DNA of 62,611 nucleotides, filler included. It is 7 parts of 7 records of this genome, joined end to end, with 100 filler letters (N's around TTAATTAATTAA, not from the genome) between each part and the next. Parts side by side here need not be neighbours in the genome. Positions count along the whole stretch, not along the records: positions 1 to 18,619 come from DRR723986_19404; 6 more parts are not named here. One strand, given 5' to 3'. Of the stretch, positions 1-10,259 are shown piece after piece. Within the stretch, counting starts at the first letter, position 1. Each line of letters opens with the position of its first letter. The position numbers and the translations under genes were made by a program. The notes under the pieces were generated by a model that searched no databases, was not told the DNA's origin, and saw nothing but the letters and a program-made list of their open reading frames with translations.

Positions 1-1
1 C

Positions 2-2332
2 ACCACGCAAACGCACAAACTCAAAGACGGCTTCCGCCGTGCAGCCGTCAGCACTTTCACCGATCAGAAGAAATGTGCCTGAGGCTTGCGTGACGGGGAC
101 TTCCCATGCGGCAGTATTGGAAACTTCATTTCCATCCATATCCAACCAACGGTAGTTTTGAGCACCGGAGGCCGTAACGACTTCGGAAAAACCGGGACAG
201 AGCATAAGCATGGGTTTGTTAATTGTTAACTGCGGCTCTTCAAAGACTTCAACAAAAACTTCCAGTTCACCTTTGCAGCCTGGTGCGCTCTCGTACGTGA
301 CTGTATAACTTTGGGAGGATGCCAGGTTAACAACCGGGTCGAGAATATTTGGGTCACTTAAACCTGTTGTGGGACTCCAGCTTGCCGCAACAAGGTCAAC
401 TTCTGAACCGATACGCAACTGCAGGTCTTGGCCGGCACAAACCTGAGGCTGTGCGGGTTCGAGTTGCGCCACTGCAAATTCATCAATCGTGACGGTCACG
501 CTGATTGTCTTAACACAACCACCGACGCTTTCGGCAGTCACCTGATAAGTTGTGGTTTCGCTGACGTTGATTTCTGTCTCGGCGGCAGTGGGGTCAGCGA
601 CTCCTGTCTCGGGATCCCAACGGATGGACCTGAGAGCAGCATCGGATTCAATCTTAACACTTACCGGGCGGCCCTTGCAAACCTGAGGATTGGCGGGCTG
701 GGCGTCTAAAGTTAACTCTGCTGTAACAACAACTGTGACTTCGGCAGTGGCGCTACAACCTTCAGCGTTTTCACCTGTGACGGTGTAGGTCGTGGTCACA
801 AGCGGTGAGGCCTGTGGCGTGGCGCTGGACGGATCATCCAGTCCCACAGCGGGCTCCCAGCTGTAAGTCTCAGCGCCGGAGGCGATTAACGTCACTGAAC
901 TGCCGACACAAATTCCTGGCGGCGACTGAACCTCAACGATTGGGGCGGGAGCAACATTGACTTTAACGGTGTCTGAGGCGACAATACATCCGGAGACATA
1001 GTTAACAACATACTCCCTGGAGTTTTGCGGCTGAAGCAGCTGGCGGCGCTCACGCAGGTCATCGATTCCGGGCGCAGCCTGCCAGACAATTTCTCCCTGA
1101 AGCTCAGAGTCGGCGATTAACTCAAGAGTTTCGCCCTGACAAATGTTAACTTCGCCATCGATGTTTAAGATATCAATTTCGACACCCGGCCGGCTGAGTG
1201 AGCGCCCTGAATAATGTGTGGGTAGTCCAACAGCTGTTTGCATACCTGCAGGAAAATCGATTCGGCTGACTTCAGGCTGCAGCGCATTTGGCTTGTCAAT
1301 GATCAACATTGCACTTTCCCTTCCCCAAATTGTGCAATAGAGCTTGCCGTCTGGGCCGCATTCGATGCTGCCGGGCGGGCCGCTCTCGGCGACCTGTTCT
1401 ACCGAATAAATGACAGATACCTGATTATTGGCAGTGCCGAGTTGATCAAAACGCACAATGCCATAGTCGCCACCAAAAGTTGCAGTGAAGTAGAGCATGC
1501 GTGAGTCCGGCGAAAACTCAAAGCTGTAGAGGGAATTGTATGTTAAATTGCGCAATTCGCGGACATTGCTCAATTTCCCTCTGAAATTGTCAAAATCCAT
1601 TATTCTGAAAATGGAAGCATCGTTTAGGTCGCGGTAGACCACCTTTTTCCCGTCCGGAGAAAATTTAAGCACACCAGCGGGAAAGCGCCCCGTCAGCGGG
1701 GGGCCAATCTTGGAGACGACCGGAGGGTAAATAGTTTCGTCTGCAACCCGAAAAGCATAGAATTCATCTCCCGGAAAGTTATGCATCAGCAACCAAAAGC
1801 TGCACAAGTCGCGGTGATGTGTCGCCGCCAGGCCTTCCGCGCTAGCGGGTAAAAGGTTTATGTTGATCGCTTCCGGCACAAAAGCGCCACGTCCATCATT
1901 GAGTGACATGTCTACTATGGAGTAATTAACACCATGTGCGCCTCTCAAATTTTCCGCCTCATCATTGGTAAAAACAAAATAGCGCTTGCCGATTCCGGTT
2001 GGCATTATCAGAACACCCTGGCTGGCGCTTCTGCCCGTTTTAAGGTCAACCGTTTCGGTTAAAGTCTCATGTGCAGCATTAAACACATTCATGCCGTTGG
2101 AATACAGCAGCAGTTCACCGGTAGCGGGATCACAGCCGGATGAGTATGCTTCAGTGCCACCAATTGTGACGGATTGTGTAATGGATGCCGGATTCTGGTT
2201 AAAGTCTATCCGCAGATTTTCGCCAAGCATCCAGATATTCTGGCTGCGGTCCTGTGTGTGTGCCGGTTGCACATCAAAGACAAGGATGCATAAGATCAGC
2301 AGCGCCCAAGCGGAGCAAGAGCAGGTTTGCAT
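2..2332 (-). CDS. Large secreted surface protein with N-terminal beta-propeller-like region and tandem Ig-like repeats; C-terminus truncated by window edge
   Basis: Missing from the ORF track because it has no stop in the window. Manual translation from ATG 2332 (AGGTG RBS) gives a signal-like start MQTCSCSAWALLILCILVF, then ..GELLLYSNG..QGVLIMP..YSIVDMSLNDGRG.., then repeats such as GICVGSSVTLIASGAETYSWEPAVGLDDPSSATPQASPLVTTTYTVTGENAEGC. This pattern is typical of T9SS cargo proteins. Only parts of the frame were translated. Confidence 0.8.
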   Translation of the reverse strand, partial: MQTCSCSAWALLILCILVFDVQPAHTQDRSQNIWMLGENLRIDFNQNPASITQSVTIGGTEAYSSGCDPATGELLLYSNGMNVFNAAHETLTETVDLKTGRSASQGVLIMPTGIGKRYFVFTNDEAENLRGAHGVNYSIVDMSLNDGRGAFVPEAININLLPASAEGLAATHHRDLCSFWLLMHNFPGDEFYAFRVADETIYPPVVSKIGPPLTGRFPAGVLKFSPDGKKVVYRDLNDASIFRIMDFDNFRGKLSNVRELRNLTYNSLYSFEFSPDSRMLYFTATFGGDYGIVRFDQLGTANNQVSVIYSVEQVAESGPPGSIECGPDGKLYCTIWGRESAMLIIDKPNALQPEVSRIDFPAGMQTAVGLPTHYSGRSLSRPGVEIDILNIDGEVNICQGETLELIADSELQGEIVWQAAPGIDDLRERRQLLQPQNSREYVVNYVSGCIVASDTVKVNVAPAPIVEVQSPPGICVGSSVTLIASGAETYSWEPAVGLDDPSSATPQASPLVTTTYTVTGENAEGCSATAEVTVVVTAELTLDAQPANPQVCKGRPVSVKIESDAALRSIRWDPETGVADPTAAETEINVSETTTYQVTAESVGGCVKTISVTVTIDEFAVAQLEPAQPQVCAGQDLQLRIGSEVDLVAASWSPTTGLSDPNILDPVVNLASSQSYTVTYESAPGCKGELEVFVEVFEEPQLTINKPMLMLCPGFSEVVTASGAQNYRWLDMDGNEVSNTAAWEVPVTQASGTFLLIGESADGCTAEAVFEFVRLRG

Positions 2333-2825
2333 AAATCACCTGTGCTTTTGTGTGCACAGACTTCAGCCGGGCATGCCGAACAGTGCACAGTTGGAATGTG
2401 GTAGGTTTGCTTAGGGGCGGTCAGCAGGAACGACACAACTGGCGGCAAAGTATCTTAGAACCCTGCAACAATGTGAGCGCCGGCGACACATGGAATGGTG
2501 ACTCCGCGGTGGGCTGCAAACTGGCCGGCTCACCGAAATGGGGCAAAAAGCTGTGCACTCAGAGCCTGGAATGCCGGCAGAGCATCGACTAACAAGACCG
2601 CCTTAAAAAGCGCCCGCAGGGCAAGCGTTCAAGCAAGGAATCGTAAAAACTGAGGCAATCAGAGCGGCGAAATTCGACGAAAAAACGGGAATTCGAGATT
2701 TAAATCGAAATTTTGAGCACAAACGGTTTGAGCTTGAACGGTATAGTTGTGGCGGCAGACCGCATCAGACAAAGCACGCAGACGAAACGGACGAAATGCC
2801 CTGTTGGGACACAAGAGCAGAAAAA

Positions 2826-2854
2826 TTGACTTGTGCGACTATTTTGGATAACTT
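2826..2854 (+). promoter_or_regulatory. Sigma70-like promoter TTGACT-N17-TAACTT for DUF1800/DUF1501 operon 1
   Basis: Near-consensus hexamers with 17-bp spacing, about 75 bp upstream of ATG 2930. Confidence 0.55.
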
Positions 2855-2929
2855 CTTGGACCGGGTATCAACGTACCCTACCCCGGCCGTATAGTATTAC
2901 TTCCAAGGACCAGATCCCAAGGACACATA

Positions 2930-4750
2930 ATGAACCGTCGATCCTTCCTGAAGACCGGCGCAGGTGTTGCAGCAGTAGCAGGTGCCCAGAGCCTGCATGC
3001 GCGTGGCGTTAGCGACGTCGGCATGGAGACGCCAAGACAGACAGCGGAGTTTCAGTCAGCCCGCCAGAGAGCATTACAAGCAGAGAAATTAGAAACGGAA
3101 TCTGGTCTGGAAGAATACGCCGGCCCGTGGACTTATGCACAGGCCGCGCACTTGTTGCGGCGTACAGGTTTTCAGTTTAACCGTGCCGACGTGGAACAGG
3201 CCCTGAGTGATGGGCGTGCCGCCACTGTAGAAAAGCTCCTGACAATCACCGAGTATCCGGAAGCACCGGGCCCGTGGGTGGATGAAGACATTCCGCAGGT
3301 TGTTTCTCAACAGCTGCTGGGTACGTACTACGGATATCTGGTACAGATGCAACGCTGGTGGCTGCATCAGATGGCGACGAGCCCCAATCCCCTGCTGGAG
3401 AAGATGACGCTCTTCTGGCATGGGCTGTTCACGTCTGAGCTGATAATCGTGCGCACGCCACAGTACATGTATATGCAGAATGAAACGTACCGGCGCCACG
3501 CATATCCGCACCTGGTGTGGCAGGAACGCGACCCGAATGAGTTCCGCTTTACGTTTGGCAACTTTAAGGAGCTGTCCAAATACTCGGTCTACGATCCGGC
3601 GATGTTGGTTTACCTTAACGGAAACTTAAACAACGCGATAAACCCGAATGAAAATTATGCGCGCGAGATCATGGAACTGTTTACCATGGGCGAGGGCAAC
3701 TACACCGAGCAGGACATTGTAGAGGCGGCGCGTTCATTTACGGGCTGGTACAATGTGCGCAGCGCGCCATTTTTTGCCTTTGAAGAGAAGGTGCACGACT
3801 TTGGCACAAAAAATCTGCTACATGATGAAGACTCCGCCAATCCGGGCAACTTTATACCTGGACAGGTTAAACCGGCCAACAACGGTCTGCCGGGTGGACG
3901 CGAAGAAGCGCAGTTGATGATTGACCTGATTTTCCGTCAAACATTTAACGCCGGAACGGAACAATCGGAAGCCGACCCGCGGCCGGTGGCTGAGGAAGCT
4001 GAACACGCCGGATTAAACATCGCGGCCGTGTACCTTGCCAAAAAATTATACACGTACTTTGTGTACGAGGAGCCGACCGAACATGTGGTGGCCCAACTGG
4101 CCCAGGAAATTGTAACACATGACTTTGACCTGACACCAGTTTTACGGACGCTGTTTAACAGCAATCACTTTTATGATCCGCTCGTTGAAGGCGCAATGAT
4201 TAAGTCTCCGGTAGAAATGAGTGCGGGCCTGATCCGCCAGCTGGAACTTAACGCGCCGGCTAATTGGGGCAACAACAGCTTTATGGCTTATATGTCGGAA
4301 ATTACGGGCGGAGAAAGATTTGCACAGACGGGTGGCATGGAGCAGGAACTGCTCTCACCGCCAAACGTGGCTGGGTGGCCTGGGCATCGCGCCTGGATTT
4401 CCACGACCACATATCCCTATCGCAATTCGGTAACCGACAATTTTGTAGAAAGCAAACAGTTCTCAGTTGGTTCGCAGGGCCCCCTGCCCCAGATTGAGGT
4501 AGACGTGCTTAATTGGGTTCGATCTTTTGACGACAGTGACGACATTTATAAACTGGTTGACGGTTTACTTGCCGTGATGATCCCCTCAACTCTGGATGAT
4601 CTGCAGCGCCAGATTATTATCGACACTTTCCTGTTTGGAAGTCCGGACTATGAATGGGCAGAGGTAATTGCAGTTGACAACTCAGCGCGCTCACGTGTAG
4701 AACGCGGTTTAAAGGCAATTATGCGGCTGCCCGAGTATCAGCTCAACTAA
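2930..4750 (+). CDS. DUF1800 family protein with Tat signal (copy 1)
   Basis: NRRSFLK twin-arginine motif; AAHLLRRTGF, EKMTLFWH, PAMLVYLNG, PNENYAREIMELFTMG, PPNVAGW, C-terminal PEYQL. Confidence 0.9.
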   Translation: MNRRSFLKTGAGVAAVAGAQSLHARGVSDVGMETPRQTAEFQSARQRALQAEKLETESGLEEYAGPWTYAQAAHLLRRTGFQFNRADVEQALSDGRAATVEKLLTITEYPEAPGPWVDEDIPQVVSQQLLGTYYGYLVQMQRWWLHQMATSPNPLLEKMTLFWHGLFTSELIIVRTPQYMYMQNETYRRHAYPHLVWQERDPNEFRFTFGNFKELSKYSVYDPAMLVYLNGNLNNAINPNENYAREIMELFTMGEGNYTEQDIVEAARSFTGWYNVRSAPFFAFEEKVHDFGTKNLLHDEDSANPGNFIPGQVKPANNGLPGGREEAQLMIDLIFRQTFNAGTEQSEADPRPVAEEAEHAGLNIAAVYLAKKLYTYFVYEEPTEHVVAQLAQEIVTHDFDLTPVLRTLFNSNHFYDPLVEGAMIKSPVEMSAGLIRQLELNAPANWGNNSFMAYMSEITGGERFAQTGGMEQELLSPPNVAGWPGHRAWISTTTYPYRNSVTDNFVESKQFSVGSQGPLPQIEVDVLNWVRSFDDSDDIYKLVDGLLAVMIPSTLDDLQRQIIIDTFLFGSPDYEWAEVIAVDNSARSRVERGLKAIMRLPEYQLN

Positions 4751-4777
4751 TCACGACTTCCACAGGAGAACTATACA

Positions 4778-6340
4778 ATGTCTAATAAACGTCGCGAATT
4801 CCTCAAAGGCACAGCCGCAGCCGGGGTAGCTCTGGCCGGCATGCCGATGCTTAACAATATGGGCGTGCGCGCGCTGGGTAAGTCCCCGCAGATTGACGCT
4901 CTGAGCCGCCTGGCGGCCGATAATGACCGCATTATTGTACTGGTACAGTTGGCCGGCGGTAATGACGGACTTAACACGCTGGTGCCCTACCAGGATCCAC
5001 TGTACTACGCCGGACGGCCGGGCATCGCGCTGAGTGAGTCTCAGACGCTGCCATTAACGGACAGCCTGCGTTGGCACTCAGCCCTGGGTGGGTTCCGGGA
5101 CTTGTACGAAGACGAGAACCTGGCAATTATCCAGAATGCGATTTACCCGAACCCCAACCGTTCACACTTCCGCGGAACGGATATTTGGTTAACAGCCACA
5201 GACTCCGACGTCTTTTTTGGCGCGGGTTGGCTGGGCCGCTACTTAACATCCGTTTTCCCCGAGTATCCTGATACGCTGCCGGAACATCCGATGGCAATTC
5301 AGATTGGTGGCTCACCTTCACTTGGTTTTGACACCAACAGCGGGAACACGGCATTAACGTTCCGATCACCCGAAGAATTCTCTGCAATTGTCAACGGTGA
5401 AAGCGACGGTTACCCCGAAGCGCCGGATACGCCGATGGGCGAAGAGTTAACCTTCCTGCGCAATGTGGCTGCCAGCTCGCAGATTTACAGAGATACAATT
5501 GAGGATGCTTTTGATAAAGGCAAGCTGGAAGCCAATGCAGAGCTGTATCCAGGCACGGCATTAGCTGAAGCGTTTAAGGCCGTCTCACGCCTGATAGCCG
5601 GTGGACTTAACACAAAGGTTTATCTCGTTTCGCTCGGTGGTTTTGACACGCATGCTGCGCAGCTGGGCGCACACAACAACCTGCTTAACACCGTAAGCGG
5701 CGCCGTTAAGGCGTTTATGGACGATGTTAACGAACTTGGTTTTGGTGACCGCGTGGCGGGTTTGACCTTCTCCGAGTTTGGACGCCGTGTTAACCAAAAC
5801 GGTAGCGCGGGTACGGATCACGGAACAGCCGCGCCAATGTTCGTATTTGGCAATAAAGTTCTGGGTAAAACAATCCACGGCAGCACGCCAAATCTTGAGG
5901 ATCTGGATAACCGCGGTGATATCAAGATGGAATACGACTTCCGTCAGGTGTACGCCTCGGTTCTGGCACAGTGGTTTGGTGAGTCCAACAGCACTGTCAG
6001 CAAAATCCTCTTCCGCGAGTTTGACACGTTACCGCTCTTTGAAGCACCGGTAACCAGTAGTGTTAACGAGCAGCTGGAACGCGACATTGCGCCCTCGATT
6101 TACCCTAATCCGGTCGTTAGTCAGGCAACGCTGGCGTTTAACCTGCCGCAACGCGCACATGTGGAAATCAGTGTAGTTGATGTGCAGGGACGTACGCTCG
6201 TACGTGCACATAATGGCGAAATGCCGGCGGGCAAACACAACGTGGCACTGAATGCAAGTCAGTTAAACAGTGGCCTGTACATTGCACGTCTGCGGGTTGG
6301 CGGCTACGAAATCATGCGTGGCCTTAACGTTGTGAAGTAA
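4778..6340 (+). CDS. DUF1501 family protein with Tat signal and T9SS type A-like C-terminal domain (copy 1)
   Basis: KRREFLK; QLAGGNDGLNT, PNRSHFRG, GGFDTH, SEFGRR, GTDHG motifs; tail YPNP..L.SGLYIARL..VK. Confidence 0.9.
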   Translation: MSNKRREFLKGTAAAGVALAGMPMLNNMGVRALGKSPQIDALSRLAADNDRIIVLVQLAGGNDGLNTLVPYQDPLYYAGRPGIALSESQTLPLTDSLRWHSALGGFRDLYEDENLAIIQNAIYPNPNRSHFRGTDIWLTATDSDVFFGAGWLGRYLTSVFPEYPDTLPEHPMAIQIGGSPSLGFDTNSGNTALTFRSPEEFSAIVNGESDGYPEAPDTPMGEELTFLRNVAASSQIYRDTIEDAFDKGKLEANAELYPGTALAEAFKAVSRLIAGGLNTKVYLVSLGGFDTHAAQLGAHNNLLNTVSGAVKAFMDDVNELGFGDRVAGLTFSEFGRRVNQNGSAGTDHGTAAPMFVFGNKVLGKTIHGSTPNLEDLDNRGDIKMEYDFRQVYASVLAQWFGESNSTVSKILFREFDTLPLFEAPVTSSVNEQLERDIAPSIYPNPVVSQATLAFNLPQRAHVEISVVDVQGRTLVRAHNGEMPAGKHNVALNASQLNSGLYIARLRVGGYEIMRGLNVVK

Positions 6341-6368
6341 GACATTACGTTGAATGTTAATGTAATTT

Positions 6369-6420
6369 ACGGCATGGCAAAGGGAGTTTAAACTTCTCAT
6401 TTGTCATGCCGTTCTTGTTT
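6369..6420 (+). terminator. Intrinsic terminator after operon 1
   Basis: ACGGCATGGCAAA...TTTGTCATGCCGT stem followed by a T-rich tract. Confidence 0.65.
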
Positions 6421-6638
6421 GCGGGCGAATTTCTGCGCCGAGCGTGTTACAGCTATGATTGCAGCGCGTTACACGCTTGCTATAGCAGCCTTTTTTTGTT
6501 AGTCGATGCATGTGCAGCCAAAAACCACACGGTTAGAAGTTGATGACATTCAATCAGACATAACTCGTATATTCAACTTGCTCAAATATGAATGTGTCAA
6601 AGGCAGATCACTTTCATTTTAATGTTTCGCAACAAAAC

Positions 6639-7322
6639 ATGAAATCAATCCTTGCTCTTTTGATTGCAGTCAGCCTGTACTTAATGACTGGTCTGCCGGC
6701 CGGCAGCACAGAAGCAAAACCATCCACTGCAGATTCAGCAATTCAAGATCATGACAACAGCAAGACTCAGTTCGTAGATGTTAAACGGCATAAGACCATG
6801 CAATGCGTCGACAGCCTAGAACTCAAAAGCGGACATTGGATTCGATACTATCGGGATTCGGCTGAGTTTATCGCTGTACTACATGTGGATTCCGGAGCGG
6901 CAGCTCTGCTCTGGGGACGTGATGCATCCGTCCCTCAGTATAGACTCGGCTGGTTGTTTGCGGATTTTGATAATAGCATTGTCTGGGCAATTGTGGCAGG
7001 CGGTAGTGGGAATTCAAGGACTGTTGCGATTTTCAGCAAATCAAGGGGCAACATCCTCGCTAGCGGTTATGCAAGTCAGGAAGAGGTCAATGATTCAAAG
7101 CACCTGCTGTTCACGCAGTTCATAGATGGAGAAGACGACCGGCTTACTCTGTACAACTCCGTCAGTGAAACATTCACATACTTTGAGCATCCGATTGGCC
7201 ACCTGGCAGTTGTACATACATACAACGTTCATCAGGTATTAGGAGACGAAGAACTCGTAGTTGAATACTACAACAGTTTAATAGGCCACGAGGTTTGTGA
7301 CACATTAAGAGCAGTCAAATAA
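6639..7322 (+). CDS. Hypothetical secreted protein
   Basis: Signal-like MKSILALLIAVSLYL from ATG 6639 (ORF opens at 6588); no family recognised. Confidence 0.6.
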   Translation: MKSILALLIAVSLYLMTGLPAGSTEAKPSTADSAIQDHDNSKTQFVDVKRHKTMQCVDSLELKSGHWIRYYRDSAEFIAVLHVDSGAAALLWGRDASVPQYRLGWLFADFDNSIVWAIVAGGSGNSRTVAIFSKSRGNILASGYASQEEVNDSKHLLFTQFIDGEDDRLTLYNSVSETFTYFEHPIGHLAVVHTYNVHQVLGDEELVVEYYNSLIGHEVCDTLRAVK

Positions 7323-7805
7323 GATAATCATCCTGGCCGGCCTGTAACTCTGCTGCGGTATTTCGCAAAGTTTTCCACCCGGCTGATACAGAAGAAACAG
7401 CGTACTACAGTTTTTTACGATTTCTTTGTTTCCCGGGAACTCTCCAGATTCAATGCGGGTTGTGGGCTTTTGGCAAATCCATTTGCCCGAATCTGTGTCA
7501 CTCACTCCGCGCCCTGCTGTACAGGTGCGGATACTGCATGTTAACTGCCGACATGTGGTTTTTTGGATACCACGCTCAACCTGACACGGTTTCACTGCAA
7601 TCATAATGCATATCTGCAATCTGCCGGGCGCGTGCCCCGGTGGACAGGGACTCCCATTTGTTTAACACATTGTTTGTTTCCACTTCCCTGGCCTGCGAGG
7701 TTTGCAGGCTGATTGTGTTTAACTGATTGGTTCGACTTTACTATTTCCCATTACTATTTATTTGGCCGGCGCTCAAGGCCAATCCACCTCTGGTTCCCAA
7801 CACTT

Positions 7806-9134
7806 ATGACAACTGATGTTTATCTACCGCAAAATGGGGCGCTGGCGCAGCTCCCATTAAACCAGCGTCTGGGCATGGCTGTAGCGCTTGCCGCCAGGCG
7901 TCCATTTTATCTGCGCCACTGGGGAGCGGACTCAATTGAGTCCGTGATTAACAGCGTTCACAATGGAGGATTTACGCAACTGCCGATCATGCGCAAAAGT
8001 GACCTGCGCTCAAAACTCAATCAAATCGTTGACGGTTTTGAGGCTGTGGACATCGTGAGTTCATCCGGTACAACGGGACGCCCTGTCGATATTCCCGTGC
8101 ATGCGGAACAGGAGCAGGGCCGCGTGCGACGTGTGCAACGCCTCCTACGCGAGCTTGGCTGCAGGCCGGGCATGACGGTTCTGCAGCTCCTGAGCCTGAA
8201 TGACTTGTTTACGCTGGGCGTGCTCAGCTGGCAGGCCATCAAGGCTGAGGGTGCAACGGCGATTCGCTGCTCGCCCGGGCGACTCGATCGCATTCTCGAC
8301 GCCATTTACTTCAACAAACCGCAGATTGTGATTGGCAATCCCTACGTCATGAACAAACTGGCGCGCGAAGCCGGCCCCAAGTGGCCCGCCGCTGAAATAC
8401 TGCCGGATCGCGCATTTTTTGCTGTCGCCTCGACCTTCTTTCCAGACCTCTCGCTAACTCCCGTGGCCGCCAATGCGATTAAGCTGTGGGGACTTAAACA
8501 GAGCCTCAACCAATACGGCACTTCCGAAGTGGGACCAATTGCCTATGAGACGCGGGCACACGACGGCCTGCATGTGCACCACGACTACAACTACGTGGAA
8601 CTGTTGGATCCGGTGACAGGCCAAACTGTGCCCGAGGGTTCATCTGGTGAAGTCGTCGTTACAGGCTTAAGTTTTCCGCGCGGGTTTCTGCCTGTGCGGT
8701 ATGCCACGGGCGACGTTGCCGGCTGGTTAAAGACGCAGCATATGGATTCCGGCGAAACGCGGCAGACTCTGGGACCAATTATTGGGCGCACGGATCATCA
8801 GCTGAAGATCATGGGGCAGACTGTGTTCCCCGACCTTCTACTTGAGGTTGCCGACCAGGTTCATGGAGTTGACAATGCCGTGGTGACGGTGGTGCGCGAT
8901 CCACATTTGGGTGATATCACGACCATTTTATGTGTGGCGCAAGCGGGCGTTAACTGCGAGGATGTTGTTAACGCGGTTCGGCGCGGCTGCGAAGCGCGGC
9001 TGGCGGTGGCACCACATGTCCGCTCCGTCAGCGCCGGCGAGGTTGAAAAACTTCAGACTGCGGCCCTCAAGAAAACGAATGGCTCCAAGATTCCACGCTT
9101 TTTCACTCTGCATTCACAAGACTCCAATTCATGA
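7806..9134 (+). CDS. Phenylacetate-CoA ligase (PaaK)-like adenylate-forming enzyme
   Basis: SSSGTTGRP P-loop, YGTSEVGP, GEVVVTGL, RYATGD, GRTD motifs; likely start ATG 7806. Confidence 0.8.
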   Translation: MTTDVYLPQNGALAQLPLNQRLGMAVALAARRPFYLRHWGADSIESVINSVHNGGFTQLPIMRKSDLRSKLNQIVDGFEAVDIVSSSGTTGRPVDIPVHAEQEQGRVRRVQRLLRELGCRPGMTVLQLLSLNDLFTLGVLSWQAIKAEGATAIRCSPGRLDRILDAIYFNKPQIVIGNPYVMNKLAREAGPKWPAAEILPDRAFFAVASTFFPDLSLTPVAANAIKLWGLKQSLNQYGTSEVGPIAYETRAHDGLHVHHDYNYVELLDPVTGQTVPEGSSGEVVVTGLSFPRGFLPVRYATGDVAGWLKTQHMDSGETRQTLGPIIGRTDHQLKIMGQTVFPDLLLEVADQVHGVDNAVVTVVRDPHLGDITTILCVAQAGVNCEDVVNAVRRGCEARLAVAPHVRSVSAGEVEKLQTAALKKTNGSKIPRFFTLHSQDSNS

Positions 9135-9149
9135 GGCATAGATATTACC

Positions 9150-10004
9150 ATGCAAAATTTTACTCCGCTTGTTCACATTCCAAGTATTGACCCTCAGCTG
9201 TATTTGAAAATTGAATACGAGAATCCGGTGGCGGCCATGAAATTCCGCGCGATTCCGCCGTTTTTTGAGGAGCTGGCTGCGGCCGGCACCGTTAAACCCG
9301 GCGATACAATTGTGATGCGCAGCGCCGGTTCCGCCGCAGTAGCCATGGCCTGGGTTGCCAATAAACTGGACTGTCGCCCTGTGGCCGTCCTGCCGCCTTC
9401 AGCGCCTCCACAAATTGTGCGCATGTTGTACTGGCTGGGCGCGCAGGTCCACAGTGTTAAACCGGATGCCGCCAAACAGTTGATGGCCGAATATGCTGAG
9501 CAAATCAACACCTACATTTTTGCGCAGGCCGCCGCCAGTCGTTTAATCGACTTTTATGAGGCGGCCGGAACGGAAATTGTTCAACAATGTGCGGATGTGG
9601 CGGCGATTACTGTCGGCATGGGCACGGGACTTTCGGCTATGGGACTGGTGGCCGCAGCAGCGGACGCGGGCCTGGGCAAAATTGTCTATGGCATGGAACC
9701 TGCTGAAGCGCCCATTGCTTCCGGTGGGGTCTGGGCGCCACACAATATTCCGGGTTTGGCACCTCCAATTCCAAGGCCCTGCCTGGACACGGATTTACTG
9801 GCTGGAATTGTTAATGTGCCTTCACAAACGGCCTGGGATACGGCACAAACGGTGGCGCGTGAGTGCGGTTATCTGCTGGGGCCTTCATCCGGCGGAACTG
9901 TGGCAGCCGCGCTGGAACTGCGCAAACAAGGGCTCAGTGGACCAATTGTTGCTGTAGCAGCCTGCGGCATCACGGAATACCTGAGCAGTAATCACGAACC
10001 TTGA
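9150..10004 (+). CDS. Divergent cysteine synthase-like PLP-dependent enzyme (fold type II)
   Basis: LKIEYENPVAAMKFR (PLP lysine), GMGTGLS phosphate loop, PHNIPGL, GPSSGG. Confidence 0.8.
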   Translation: MQNFTPLVHIPSIDPQLYLKIEYENPVAAMKFRAIPPFFEELAAAGTVKPGDTIVMRSAGSAAVAMAWVANKLDCRPVAVLPPSAPPQIVRMLYWLGAQVHSVKPDAAKQLMAEYAEQINTYIFAQAAASRLIDFYEAAGTEIVQQCADVAAITVGMGTGLSAMGLVAAAADAGLGKIVYGMEPAEAPIASGGVWAPHNIPGLAPPIPRPCLDTDLLAGIVNVPSQTAWDTAQTVARECGYLLGPSSGGTVAAALELRKQGLSGPIVAVAACGITEYLSSNHEP

Positions 10005-10259
10005 TTTTTGCGCAGGTACAACACAGAACGTGCCTTTTTGGTTATAGATTAACAAACTGATGAATTCATAGCTCAGCAGCATCGGCGCGCAAATGCTTAT
10101 ATTGCGGCCGGTGCTGTTTAATTCTGGTCTGCAGAGTTTGGCGCGGTCTTTTAGCTCCTGTATTAACTACTGTACGCTCGCAGCGGGATCCACGCAAAAT
10201 GTTAAACGAGATTCTGACGATTGCACCCAAACAATCCGAACACAAAAGTGGATCGGCGC

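Noticed and set aside
428-2414. Short ORFs listed in 428-2414
   Set aside because: Shadows of the long minus-strand gene starting at 2332
7305-7619. 104-aa minus-strand ORF
   Set aside because: No RBS or motif recognised and atypical composition; likely spurious
7806-9134. Phenylacetate catabolism (paa) operon
   Set aside because: No paaABCDE, paaG or paaZ nearby and the ligase is divergent, so no gene symbol was assigned
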